IMG/VR virus record: IMGVR_UViG_3300034101_006325
Span: 32,001 to 96,000 of that record
DNA: 64,000 nucleotides
Reading direction: 5' to 3' (one strand)
From: a virus
Lineage: Duplodnaviria; Caudoviricetes
Under the pieces are notes generated by a model. It was not told the origin of the DNA and did no database searches. It saw only the letters and a program-made list of their open reading frames with translations. Position numbers and translations under genes: made by a program. Below are positions 48,701 through 57,515 of the stretch, piece after piece. Within the stretch, counting starts at the first letter, position 1; each line of letters starts with the position of its first letter.

Positions 48701-51186
48701 CTGCGGCCGAGGGGAGTCCTCGGCTGCGGTATTGAAGAAGATTTGCCCATTATTCCGCCTAGAGTGCCAGCAAGCTTTTGCAATACTCCGCCTAAGCCGC
48801 CTCCGGCTGCCATCGCTGCGGTCCTTGTTGCTGCCATCGCGATGCCTTGCGACATTATTGTCACCATCGCGCCGGCAAAGGCACCCACCATAGATTGAAT
48901 TAGAGCAGGCCCGAACAATATCGCGGCAATGACAGGATAGTATGGCTCAATTAGGGGCAATGCCTTCGTCATGAACCAATTTCCTAAAGATTCAAACGCC
49001 AATGTCATCAGGTCGCTGAACGCACTAGCAAAGGCAGGCCACGACTCTCTAAAAGCCTCGGATATAGGTGTTATAAATGTCACTGCAGCAGCGCCAATGT
49101 CACCAACACCTGGCACTTGCGTGGGATTTTTAATAAAACTGACAACGTCTCTGAGGAATTGAGTCAATGTCTCCAGCGCCCAGCTCAGTCCCTGTGCTAG
49201 TATCGTGGAAAATGCGATTCCAAATGTCTTCAGCCCTTCGAGAAACTGTCTGCCGCCTGGGGCGCTTTTGTCAAAGAAATTAAAAAATTTATCCTTTAAT
49301 CGCTGCATGAGGGCTGGGAATGATGCCTTGCCGCTCTCAAGATCATGAAAAAATTCGAGTATAATATTGGTGACGCCGTTGGCAAGATTGCTAAAATGCT
49401 TGGGATTAAAAATTGCAGTGAGGCCGTCGACGATCTTCTTCATCCCCGGGAAGGACTCAATAAACAACAATCCAAGCCTCCGGCCTGCCCAATAGACGTT
49501 GATCAGGGACATCTTGATGTTTGCAAGAAGCTCCCTGAAATCCTTTGAGTATTGGATGCCATCCGTGAAACCTTCGAGGAATTTATCGAAAAATCCTCCT
49601 TCCTTGGCTTCCATGGATTTTAAGAATTTATCCATGCCGTCGGCGAGTTTCACCAATGCCTCTTCCTGAGTCATCGTCTTCGCCTCGTTCTCGTCGGCGG
49701 CCTTGCTGACGTCGCTGAGCGAGTTTGCATAATTACTAGTTGAGAATGCTGCGATCTGCGTGGCGTCGTCCCATCCCATCGTCTGTTGTATGAGACCTCT
49801 ATGGACGCGCGTCAATTTTTCTCCTTGAATGCCGACCTTCGCGAGTTCTTTGCGAACCATCTCCATCTGCTGCATTGGAGTCTCTGCGTTCATCATCTCC
49901 ATGGCATCGACGGATGTACCGAACACCTCGTTAAATTTCGATACGTTCTCTGCTGCCTGATCAAACGTCTGGAAATTATCGAGAGAGGCAGTCACCTTAT
50001 CAAGTGAAATTCCTAACCTCTCCGCCTGAACAGCTGCTGCAGCAATTGCCTTGTCCGAGACGTTGCCAAAGGCTCGAGCATCTGACATTGCTTTTGCCAT
50101 TGATTTTGAAATGGTCTTGACGTCGATGTTGAACTGCCTTCCCATCTCTGCAGCCTGCTTTGTGACATTTGATAAAACTCTGGTGAGCGGCAAACCCGAT
50201 GCCACAGCCCTGGTTGCAAGTGCACCTAATTCTTCGTTCGAGAGACCAAGACCTTTCTGCAGACCTAAAATTGCGCCGCCGGCTTCGTCAAACTCTTTTC
50301 CAAATTTTCGAACAGCCGGGCCGCCCTGAGTCATGACCTCAGTCATGAGCTTCGTTCTATCGGCGAGATCGCCGAAAATCGAAAAGGCTCTAAGGCCAGA
50401 ATCTGCAAAACCTGCCATGCTTTTGGCTGTACCTTGGATTGTTGAAGCAATTGGTCCTGCCAAAGAACCGAATTCTTTTCGTATGTTGTTGATCGCCTCC
50501 TGCAGAGGTGTGATCTGATTCATGTACTTGTTCGCCATGTCGATGAGCTTATCGAACATCTTGAACGGAAGAGAAAGAATCGAGAATCCTATGTCAGCAA
50601 TGGTAGAGGCAACTGTGCCGAGGAATCCAAGTATACTGGATCCCATCGCTATGAAATTTTCAAAACCTTTCTTCAGCCCGCTGAGGGCTCCAGTGACTGC
50701 TCCAATTGCGGGTGCAAATACTGTTTTTAAATGCTTTGAAACTCTTTGAATCTTATCGTCAAACTTTTCTGTTCCTTGACGACCTTGATTGATCCGAGTC
50801 GTCAGATCCCTAACAGCATTGGGTTTTACATTGCCAAGGGCCTGCCCTATTCTTCCAACACCTGCTGAAATACCATTCGTGGCGGACGCTGCCTTGCCTC
50901 CTTCGCTGATTATAACGGCAAAAATACCTTGAAAAGCTGAAGAAAGCTGTTGCACTGCGTCAGCGATCAACTTTAGTGTCTCATTTATTTGAGTGAGCTG
51001 CTCGGCTGCAGGTGAGCTCTTCAGTTCTGACATTGCATCCACCATTTTTCTGGTGGACTCTGCCTGGCTTTCAAGAGAACGCTCGAGGGCAGCAGAGGAC
51101 GATGCCATGCTGTCGAACAGACTTTTCAGCTTGGCTGCTATCTCTACTTGATCAGGAGATGGTCCGCTGCCGGTAGGTGGTGCCAT
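45763..51186 (-). CDS. tail tape measure protein
   Basis: 1807 aa, Ala/Gly-rich helical, central hydrophobic stretch, downstream of the chaperone genes. Confidence 0.88.
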   Translation of the reverse strand: MAPPTGSGPSPDQVEIAAKLKSLFDSMASSSAALERSLESQAESTRKMVDAMSELKSSPAAEQLTQINETLKLIADAVQQLSSAFQGIFAVIISEGGKAASATNGISAGVGRIGQALGNVKPNAVRDLTTRINQGRQGTEKFDDKIQRVSKHLKTVFAPAIGAVTGALSGLKKGFENFIAMGSSILGFLGTVASTIADIGFSILSLPFKMFDKLIDMANKYMNQITPLQEAINNIRKEFGSLAGPIASTIQGTAKSMAGFADSGLRAFSIFGDLADRTKLMTEVMTQGGPAVRKFGKEFDEAGGAILGLQKGLGLSNEELGALATRAVASGLPLTRVLSNVTKQAAEMGRQFNIDVKTISKSMAKAMSDARAFGNVSDKAIAAAAVQAERLGISLDKVTASLDNFQTFDQAAENVSKFNEVFGTSVDAMEMMNAETPMQQMEMVRKELAKVGIQGEKLTRVHRGLIQQTMGWDDATQIAAFSTSNYANSLSDVSKAADENEAKTMTQEEALVKLADGMDKFLKSMEAKEGGFFDKFLEGFTDGIQYSKDFRELLANIKMSLINVYWAGRRLGLLFIESFPGMKKIVDGLTAIFNPKHFSNLANGVTNIILEFFHDLESGKASFPALMQRLKDKFFNFFDKSAPGGRQFLEGLKTFGIAFSTILAQGLSWALETLTQFLRDVVSFIKNPTQVPGVGDIGAAAVTFITPISEAFRESWPAFASAFSDLMTLAFESLGNWFMTKALPLIEPYYPVIAAILFGPALIQSMVGAFAGAMVTIMSQGIAMAATRTAAMAAGGGLGGVLQKLAGTLGGIMGKSSSIPQPRTPLGRRRSIIPDIGSGTGDALKNLEIKVSWSTILKFVAGFAMFMAVGTLAFAAIVAIASQYEPQTVLAGAAVMLAIMGAMVIGAGAMWIISKIKVDPAGLAAGLLALGLGMVALVGIGFLIGALVSAADPAKLLIGAAVIAAIAAAAIVASIAMIGLMAVGAILIFTGGAGLAALAAGLVALGLTIIALVELGRLLVDEVKKAKFTPEEIKNSAFALGLIAATMIVAMMSLLAFIAVGAVMIGTFGAAYIALEVGIETVEGALEDLVGLAEIIVNEAKKIPDGTEQKVDALSNMLGNIAKLTSAFPGMFTALNLEDIDDGGTRQKLLETVNGIIKDTFNKLETLIKLVVDLAIKVGYNPEVAKGVDVLSKALDTAAKVAQAFTSGAAVSLKGVDADSAPYVISIVEQVTRNFRQMKDILKEFVKEIVDIINDPKIKDFSGNPQVITAFGSMLSGLASIITAASAPGLVKAFEKIDKSDFEKLPKVIDAMNRYTTGVIQELGRPGGILDVAGNQIKKIISSVTYVDSSAIQALSAVTNVLSSVFEFIFKLIDTTLSGKTPDDAAAQSALKFIKDISGVVTEILKSLGEVLPSIIKSLGPAIAAISQLPGGKFDLNINTLRNIFALMSQVGTMTFDMPRQMASVDQDAIMSLIESVKKVARVLDVLNKDFITTNDFQAFLTAVDVIGTKFAGIGDISKKLEVTIGAFNVITAAAWAATALKDYKSGGIAVDDINTIIEQFRAIGQLFVRLATPELSGEIFEGIIKVGGILSASNVGYMIETIEATKNFMNSLSTNAPGINAALTSLAGQDLSNIGAAEPAFGNIELFMNAFAKHADLFQNITDKALYAKATMAEGLIPAVEAVEMMVEAAGRLNSALDKGLRFDIDTKLKTFTSKFGKTMGSQAAYKVQAKDVNINVNFRIAIDGGELEKIIVTNPKSIIKQRLNMLINAMPKSTGGDATGLLASDREGARLRTNIIPLDYATYDY

Positions 51187-51205
51187 TGTGAACTCCTAAA
51201 ACAAA

Positions 51206-51490
51206 TCAGAGGGGCCAACTTACATCGAATAATCTCTCAAATTTCTGGGCAGCGACGTGCTTCTCTCCAAGCAGTCGCATGATCTCACTCAGCTGCGAGT
51301 TGCCTCCAACGACAGCATTGTGAAAATTCATTGTAGACGCGTAGGCCTCGGTGAGAGCCTCGATCTGCTCTTTGCTGCCTTTGAGGCTCACGTCGAAATT
51401 CTCACCGACCAACCACGCGCACAATGTCGAATAAAAGTTCCCGTCGTTAAGGTCCACCACAGCGCCAATTTTGCCGTCCATTTTATCCAC
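51206..51490 (-). CDS. hypothetical protein
   Basis: 94-aa ORF; ATAATTA upstream. Confidence 0.55.
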   Translation of the reverse strand: MDKMDGKIGAVVDLNDGNFYSTLCAWLVGENFDVSLKGSKEQIEALTEAYASTMNFHNAVVGGNSQLSEIMRLLGEKHVAAQKFERLFDVSWPL

Positions 51491-51556
51491 GATGCCTCTT
51501 AAAAAATCTTAAAACGTTATCCCTAATTATAGGCACCCAATAAAAAACAACATTTT

Positions 51557-51823
51557 TTAAGTAAAACGTCGTAGCCTTGAAGGCGTCTGAGCGCGAGCCT
51601 TGTTCTGCATTGCCCTGACATCGGGAGAATTCTGGTGCAATGCACGGGATTGCGTCGAGCCTGCATCGTTCGACTGCTTGAGCTCCTTACTTATCCGCTC
51701 AATGAACCAACGCTTGTAAGAAACAGGAAGATTATAAGTCTCCCGCCACAGGAACCCGCCATAATACATCAGTAAAAAGGCGGGCTCCAGTATGACTGCA
51801 GGCTTATCTTCCGGATGAAGGCC
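51557..51823 (-). CDS. frameshift extension of the tail assembly chaperone (gpGT-like)
   Basis: +1 frame open from the slip site: GLHPEDKPAVILEPAFLLMYYGGF...; no RBS before the track ATG 51769. Confidence 0.7.
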   Translation of the reverse strand, partial: GLHPEDKPAVILEPAFLLMYYGGFLWRETYNLPVSYKRWFIERISKELKQSNDAGSTQSRALHQNSPDVRAMQNKARAQTPSRLRRFT

Positions 51824-52685
51824 AAAGAAAGTTGGCTCCGAGCGGCATGTTCACCTCCTCGGAATGTCCACAGGATGGACATGACGTCTCCTGCTTCATA
51901 ATTACACCCGGCTCGTGGTCCTTAATATAGTTCCTTAGAGCCAAAGAATCCCTGGCTGGCATGTGCTTGATGAAATTGGCGATCTTCGACCGATCCTCGA
52001 CTCCATCGACTGACACGATCGAATGCATGAGATTCGTCGTCACGTTGGACTCTCCGCTGAGACCCAACTTCTTCTGCTTCTCGGACAATGCAAGGAGCTC
52101 TTCCTCGTCCCTGCCTGTGAGGAACCTAAACTTAACGTTCTTCTTGCTAAAAGGCAACATAAACTGGAACAGATTTGTTCCATTCATGACGGGTGTCAGC
52201 TCGAGCCTCCTGATCGGCAACTCTGCCAAATTGAACTCGTGCTGTGTCTTTGTGCTACATGCCTGACATTCGATCTCGGCATTGTAATCCGGACCATATC
52301 CTGTAATCCTGATCGCAACCATCAGAGCATTTCGATCTCCACCAAGGAGATCAGCTGGGTTGACGCTCTTGTCAACAAGACACGACCTGAGGAGCTCAGT
52401 AATAACTGTACCCTTCTTCAACAAAGCCCTGCTGGTCAAAATATCCTCTTCTCTTGCGGTCATTGGTCGAATCTCGACGGCCTCCATCGCATGCAGCGAC
52501 GAATCAGGCGAATATACCTTGCCATTCGACGGCAACGGGACGACCTCAAGAGGTATATCTAAACCAAACTCTGCCTTCACCTTGTCTGCGGCCGACATCG
52601 ACGGCATCCGTGGATCAACACCCGGTGGGAGGTGAGAACCAGCTGAAAACACTGCATTACGTTGATCGCGATCTTCTGTGCTCAT
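51804..52685 (-). CDS. tail assembly chaperone / T4 gp26-like protein
   Basis: LPSNGKVY, RPMTAREEDIL, IRITGYGPDY, two CxxC motifs; between tube and TMP. Confidence 0.8.
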   Translation of the reverse strand: MSTEDRDQRNAVFSAGSHLPPGVDPRMPSMSAADKVKAEFGLDIPLEVVPLPSNGKVYSPDSSLHAMEAVEIRPMTAREEDILTSRALLKKGTVITELLRSCLVDKSVNPADLLGGDRNALMVAIRITGYGPDYNAEIECQACSTKTQHEFNLAELPIRRLELTPVMNGTNLFQFMLPFSKKNVKFRFLTGRDEEELLALSEKQKKLGLSGESNVTTNLMHSIVSVDGVEDRSKIANFIKHMPARDSLALRNYIKDHEPGVIMKQETSCPSCGHSEEVNMPLGANFLWPSSGR

Positions 52686-52811
52686 TTATTTTTTCCTCAA
52701 ATTACAAGAAGCTGATGTATCGTAAACACCAGCGGCGACGCGTAAATAAACGAAACACAAAATTATGGACCAAATTATAAAATGCAGCAAATCAATCAAA
52801 ATATGCTTTGC

Positions 52812-53600
52812 TCATGTCTCGTGCTCGGCATCGTGACACGAAGAACACAGCACCCTGCCACTGACGTCGGCCTCCGCGTGGTACCACAGCACCCAGTCGA
52901 CGAAGCAGGTCTTGCGGTCAAAGTCGTCCCCAGGCTCGCCGAGGGTCTCGATGCCCTTCTGGAGGATCTCTGAGAACCTCTCCCCGTCGTGGTGCACCTC
53001 GAGGTCCCGCGTGGCTCCGCAGGCCGTGCACTTGAATCCTGCAGCCTTCATCTTCGGGAACGACCACTCACGATAGAGGCGGGATCGGCACATGGCACTG
53101 AGGGCGGAGGTGCCGCCGCGCCACTGTGAATGAGCTGATCCAGTCAGAGGAGTGATTAAACCTTTCTCCCACGAAGTCTTCATCGTTTTTGATCTTGCTT
53201 GACGAAAAGAATCTGACCCATAAGCTTTATTCGAAATTTCCCGAAAGACCTCGTTATTTTCTTTTGTCTTCCCGCGATTCCATGGATCTCTGCTCCACAG
53301 CCCTTCTTCTCTTCTCTTCTTGAGGCTCTTCTCTTTAGCAGATTCATTGTGTCCCCAGTTGTTGTTCACTCTGGCGGAATGGCCGCGAACGAACTTGGCA
53401 AATCCCCGCTGGAGTGACCAGAACTTCGGTGTCTGACCGCAGCCACATGCACACTTGACGTCTTTGCCGTCAAGAAACAGCTGACTATAAAGTTCGATAG
53501 AAGAGAGCTGATGCTTCTTTTGACAGTGAATTCTGATAGAATCAAGATCAGTTGATTGATATTCCTTACATGAAGGACAGGTAAATGTAGAAAGGTCCAT
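52812..53600 (-). CDS. free-standing HNH homing endonuclease (zinc finger + NUMOD-like + HNH)
   Basis: CPSC..HCQKKH, CACGCG, PWNRGKT, WRGG, CTACG...LEVHH...LCSSCH; start placed at MDLSTF. Confidence 0.8.
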   Translation of the reverse strand: MDLSTFTCPSCKEYQSTDLDSIRIHCQKKHQLSSIELYSQLFLDGKDVKCACGCGQTPKFWSLQRGFAKFVRGHSARVNNNWGHNESAKEKSLKKRREEGLWSRDPWNRGKTKENNEVFREISNKAYGSDSFRQARSKTMKTSWEKGLITPLTGSAHSQWRGGTSALSAMCRSRLYREWSFPKMKAAGFKCTACGATRDLEVHHDGERFSEILQKGIETLGEPGDDFDRKTCFVDWVLWYHAEADVSGRVLCSSCHDAEHET

Positions 53601-53679
53601 GGTAATAAGTATACCATGAACCTCTTTACTTGTATATTTGATTGCTGCTTTTGTTCTTCTTTTTTGTCGAATGTTAACG

Positions 53680-54171
53680 TCAAAATTGCAGCACACAATT
53701 GTCAAAGCGAAGTGTCATGCTGATTTCCATTGGACCGCCGTCCTCGTATGTGACCTCGCCGAAGTTTGCTTCTGTGATGAATGCGCCCTTGATGTCCCAG
53801 AGTTCGACGACGGTGCCGACGGGATCGAGCATTTTGAGTTGGATGTCGCGCTTGTAGAAGTCTGCGTAGCCTGCGCGGCCCGAGACCGATTCGAAGTGGG
53901 TGCGGACCCATTCCATCACCTGTTGCGCGCCCGAGGGAGCGATTGGGTCGTGGAGGGTGACCGAGATCGTGTTGAAGGTTGTTTTTCCTGCGAGGTAGCG
54001 TCTGCTGTTGATGAAGGGCACCTCGACCTCTTCTGTGGCGATCGTTGGTCGAGCCGCGGTCTTGATGATGTAGGCGTCGATGCCTTCGATCATGAGGATC
54101 CATCGGTTCTTGCGCTTCGGCTCGAACTTGTTAGGAATCATCGATGTAACGTCAAGTGTCTCTGCGGCCAT
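53680..54171 (-). CDS. tail tube protein (T4 gp19-like)
   Basis: FEPKRKNRW, YLAGKTTF, LKMLDPVG, WDIKGAF; follows the sheath genes. Confidence 0.9.
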   Translation of the reverse strand: MAAETLDVTSMIPNKFEPKRKNRWILMIEGIDAYIIKTAARPTIATEEVEVPFINSRRYLAGKTTFNTISVTLHDPIAPSGAQQVMEWVRTHFESVSGRAGYADFYKRDIQLKMLDPVGTVVELWDIKGAFITEANFGEVTYEDGGPMEISMTLRFDNCVLQF

Positions 54172-54196
54172 GTTTTAATCTCCTGTTATCCTTTTG

Positions 54197-54203
54197 TAAG
54201 TAT
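54197..54203 (-). promoter_or_regulatory. ATAnTTA late-promoter-like element (representative copy; at least 15 in the window)
   Basis: same heptamer upstream of tube, both sheaths, gp13-like and many small genes. Confidence 0.7.
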
Positions 54204-54356
54204 GCACAATTTTCGAAATTTTCGAGGGATTTTTAGTTTCTGTGAATTTGTCGCCCTCGAGGTCGACGTGTTTGAAGAGTAATTATTGAATATTGGTGAG
54301 GAGTTATCAGTTTATAATTTTTATCGAATTATTCTGATAACTCCTGCGAACCGCCG

Positions 54357-57300
54357 TCACTGCACCTGTTGTAGGTTGTTGGCCACCACGAAGTCGAGGC
54401 TGACGAACTCGATGCTCTTGGTGGGTTGGACGTAGATCTTTCCGCGGACCGTGTTGTTCTCGATGTCGACCTGCGTCGTGGTCGAGGAGTCGATGATGAC
54501 GCGGAATCTCTCGAGGCCGCTGAGTGCCTGGATCCTCTGGAGCCTTGGTGTGACCGCGGCCGAGAAGCGAGCGAGTGTCGCCTCGCGGTTGGGCTCGAAG
54601 ATGATCGTCTGCGCGATCTCGCGGACCTGACGCCTGATCTCGATGAGGAGGCGGCGGACGTTGACGCGATCGAGAGCCGATGCTGCGAGCTGTAGTGTCT
54701 TCTGACCCCAAATCACGAGGCCTGATGCAGGATTTGTTCCGCTCTTTGGCGATCCGACGAAGGCGATGAGTGGGTTGAGTCTCTCGTTGTAAAGCACGTC
54801 GAGGTCCTCTTCCTTGAGCTTCGTCCTCGCCTCGAGAGCTGCTGTTGGAAGAGCACCACGTGTGAAGCCTGCAGGAGCGAACCATGGGTGTCCGACAGCA
54901 TCGTTGAGCGAGAGTGCTCCCATCACGAGGACCGACGGTGGAACGAACACGTTGTTGCCATCGGGAGCCGAGTAGAGGACGTCTGGGAAGTAGGCCGATG
55001 CGAAGCTCGAGTCGATCGATCGATCCTTGAAGCTCGTCACAGTGTTGTTGACGGAGACGATTTGATCGTCGCTCTTGACCTCGTAGTCGGAGTCAATTCC
55101 TTCGTCGGTGTACTGCTCTACGTCCATGATGTAGAGAGCATCGAACCTATCCTCGACTGCGACTGTTGCGTAATCTGTCACCACTGGGTGACGAATGCCT
55201 GGGATGGCAAGGAGCTGGATGTCGATATTTGATGTATTTCTCATGATATCGACGGCCTTGAGGTATGCCTTTACGTTTGGTCCATTGTTGAGGAGACGAC
55301 CATTCGAAGCGATCATGTCCTCACTGATGGCGGCGTTGCTGAGCGTGAACTCATCCTGATCGAAGATGTTGACGCCGTTGAATCCGCCTTGGACGAAGAA
55401 CGTGAACTTTGAGTAGGTCCTGTTGACTGTCTCTCTCAAGTCCTTGACCTGAAGTGCTCTAGTCTTGTTGGCATTGTCCACACCGACCACGCCGCTTCTT
55501 ACGTAGACTGCGTCGTCCCACTTAAGTGTGTCTGCCAGACCAGATGATCCTGTGACGACCTGCACGTGCTCGAGGCTGAACATGTTGTTGCAGAACCTAT
55601 CGGCGTCGAGGATTCCATGGGTTGCCGTGTCTGCAACGCCATCGTTGTCACCCACAATGAATGGCATGAACGATGTGTGGAAATCTGGGAAGTACTTAGC
55701 ATAGCTCTTCATTGAGTCATTTGCAAGAACTGACGCATTTGGCTTTGTAATATTCTCGACGTGTTCAAACTGTGATCCCCAGTAGAATTTGTTGTTCGGT
55801 GCTTCTGCTTCTGTTCCAATGATACCGTCGGTGATCTTAAGGCGGTAAGGAACGGGTGGTACAACTGACTTTTGCAGGACGCTGAGATTGGGTATTCCAT
55901 TGATGCCGCCAAGGACAGGGTCTGAACTGTTTCCAAACTGTGGAAAGATCACACTTCCTGACGTCACAAGATGCGCAGGTCCTCTAAAGCCCATTGGAAT
56001 TGCTGTCGCGTCGACGAATCCATTTTCCACATCTGGGTGGACTTCAACCCTGACATATTTCGATCTGTTAGGATAGCTTCCATCGATAACGATCTTTTGT
56101 TCTTCGTCGTCGCGATCAAAGTCAAAGTAGGAGTTAATGTTTCCGATGATTTTTGCAATGTAGCGAGGAGATGTTGGATTGAGATCAACAGTAAAGCTTT
56201 CGCCAGTCGTGATAAGCGACTGTTTCTGGTCTCTATCGTTCCATTGTCTGATCTTTATTGTAAAGCTGCCGTATCTATTGACAGGATCTATTGAAGGTGT
56301 GATATTCTCAATTGAAATCTTGTAAAGAGTCGAGATATCCTGTCCTGCGTCGAGCGAGTGAAGTCTAAAGAGATTCACAGGCTTTCCACCGAACTTTTGA
56401 GAAATCACCCACGGTGACTTTGCATACCTGAATCTATCTTCAAAGTTCTCATAGTTTGGAACGTCAGCACTGCCAGTATTTCTATCTACCGAAGACGTTA
56501 GGATGAATGCTGAAGTTTCAGTTCCTGGCTTTGCCACGTGAGAAGTGGCTCCAGCTCCGTGTGTGCCCGAGAGAATTCCTGAGCCTGTAACGACTGCCAA
56601 AGAGCTGTGGATGTCCCAGTTTGCGTATAGATAATGACCTTTTTCTTGAATCTTAAGAGGATCTCTGTTGAGAACTTTTGCGAAGTATCCATTAGATGAC
56701 ACATCGAACGATGCTGTAATCGTGTTAGGATTATTTGCATCTCCTTTGTGCCCGTTCAAAAAGAGAACAAAGTCCTTCTTTGAGATGCTGTTCTCTGTGA
56801 AAACAACGGAACCAATTGTGGTGCCGTGAAGGCTTGGATCTCCTAGAGCACCTACAGTATTTGTGCCTAACTCTCCGCCAAAATTGGTGCCGCCGAGACC
56901 TGATGAAAGGGCCAAGAGAACGCCCGAGGGCGCCATTAGAACGCCTCTAACGATTGGAGTAGCAACATTTTGTCCTTTAACCTGCAAGCCAGCATCAGAA
57001 AGATAATTTGATCCTGCCGATTCTGACATAAAGCAGCCGAGGAAGTATGTCCTTCCCATCTCGCCGTCGTCGTTAGCGTATGGATTTTTATCGAGGGCCC
57101 CGAGCGTTCCACTTGGTTGCTCCTCACCGACGACGAATCCTGCATTTGTTACAGCACCTGGATTGGCTCCATTGCCATCCTGACGTTCAAGACCATCGCC
57201 GACGCCTAGGACACGTAGATAAGTGACTGCCTGTGCATTTCTTAGCCACTCAAGAACTGCCATTGGTCCAAAGTGTTTACTATCAACATTTCCGAATCTT

Positions 57301-57467
57301 GACTGGAAATCTGATAATAAACCCACCGTTACGGGAACGAATGCTGGTCCCTTGGCCGCAGTTCCGATGATGCCGGCAGGTATTCCTACTGGCTGAATCG
57401 CTACTGGTCCTGAGATGTCTATCTCGTTAGCTGTTACTCCTGCTGCTCCTAATTTTAGCTGTGCCAT
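54357..57467 (-). CDS. tail sheath protein (paralog B)
   Basis: GIIGTAAKGPAFVPV, WFAPAGFTRG, WGQKTLQ, LDRVNVRRLL, IEFVSLDF. Confidence 0.93.
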   Translation of the reverse strand: MAQLKLGAAGVTANEIDISGPVAIQPVGIPAGIIGTAAKGPAFVPVTVGLLSDFQSRFGNVDSKHFGPMAVLEWLRNAQAVTYLRVLGVGDGLERQDGNGANPGAVTNAGFVVGEEQPSGTLGALDKNPYANDDGEMGRTYFLGCFMSESAGSNYLSDAGLQVKGQNVATPIVRGVLMAPSGVLLALSSGLGGTNFGGELGTNTVGALGDPSLHGTTIGSVVFTENSISKKDFVLFLNGHKGDANNPNTITASFDVSSNGYFAKVLNRDPLKIQEKGHYLYANWDIHSSLAVVTGSGILSGTHGAGATSHVAKPGTETSAFILTSSVDRNTGSADVPNYENFEDRFRYAKSPWVISQKFGGKPVNLFRLHSLDAGQDISTLYKISIENITPSIDPVNRYGSFTIKIRQWNDRDQKQSLITTGESFTVDLNPTSPRYIAKIIGNINSYFDFDRDDEEQKIVIDGSYPNRSKYVRVEVHPDVENGFVDATAIPMGFRGPAHLVTSGSVIFPQFGNSSDPVLGGINGIPNLSVLQKSVVPPVPYRLKITDGIIGTEAEAPNNKFYWGSQFEHVENITKPNASVLANDSMKSYAKYFPDFHTSFMPFIVGDNDGVADTATHGILDADRFCNNMFSLEHVQVVTGSSGLADTLKWDDAVYVRSGVVGVDNANKTRALQVKDLRETVNRTYSKFTFFVQGGFNGVNIFDQDEFTLSNAAISEDMIASNGRLLNNGPNVKAYLKAVDIMRNTSNIDIQLLAIPGIRHPVVTDYATVAVEDRFDALYIMDVEQYTDEGIDSDYEVKSDDQIVSVNNTVTSFKDRSIDSSFASAYFPDVLYSAPDGNNVFVPPSVLVMGALSLNDAVGHPWFAPAGFTRGALPTAALEARTKLKEEDLDVLYNERLNPLIAFVGSPKSGTNPASGLVIWGQKTLQLAASALDRVNVRRLLIEIRRQVREIAQTIIFEPNREATLARFSAAVTPRLQRIQALSGLERFRVIIDSSTTTQVDIENNTVRGKIYVQPTKSIEFVSLDFVVANNLQQVQ

Positions 57468-57515
57468 CTATGACTCCCGATCTACATGCTAACTATTCTG
57501 TTAGTTTCAAATTTC

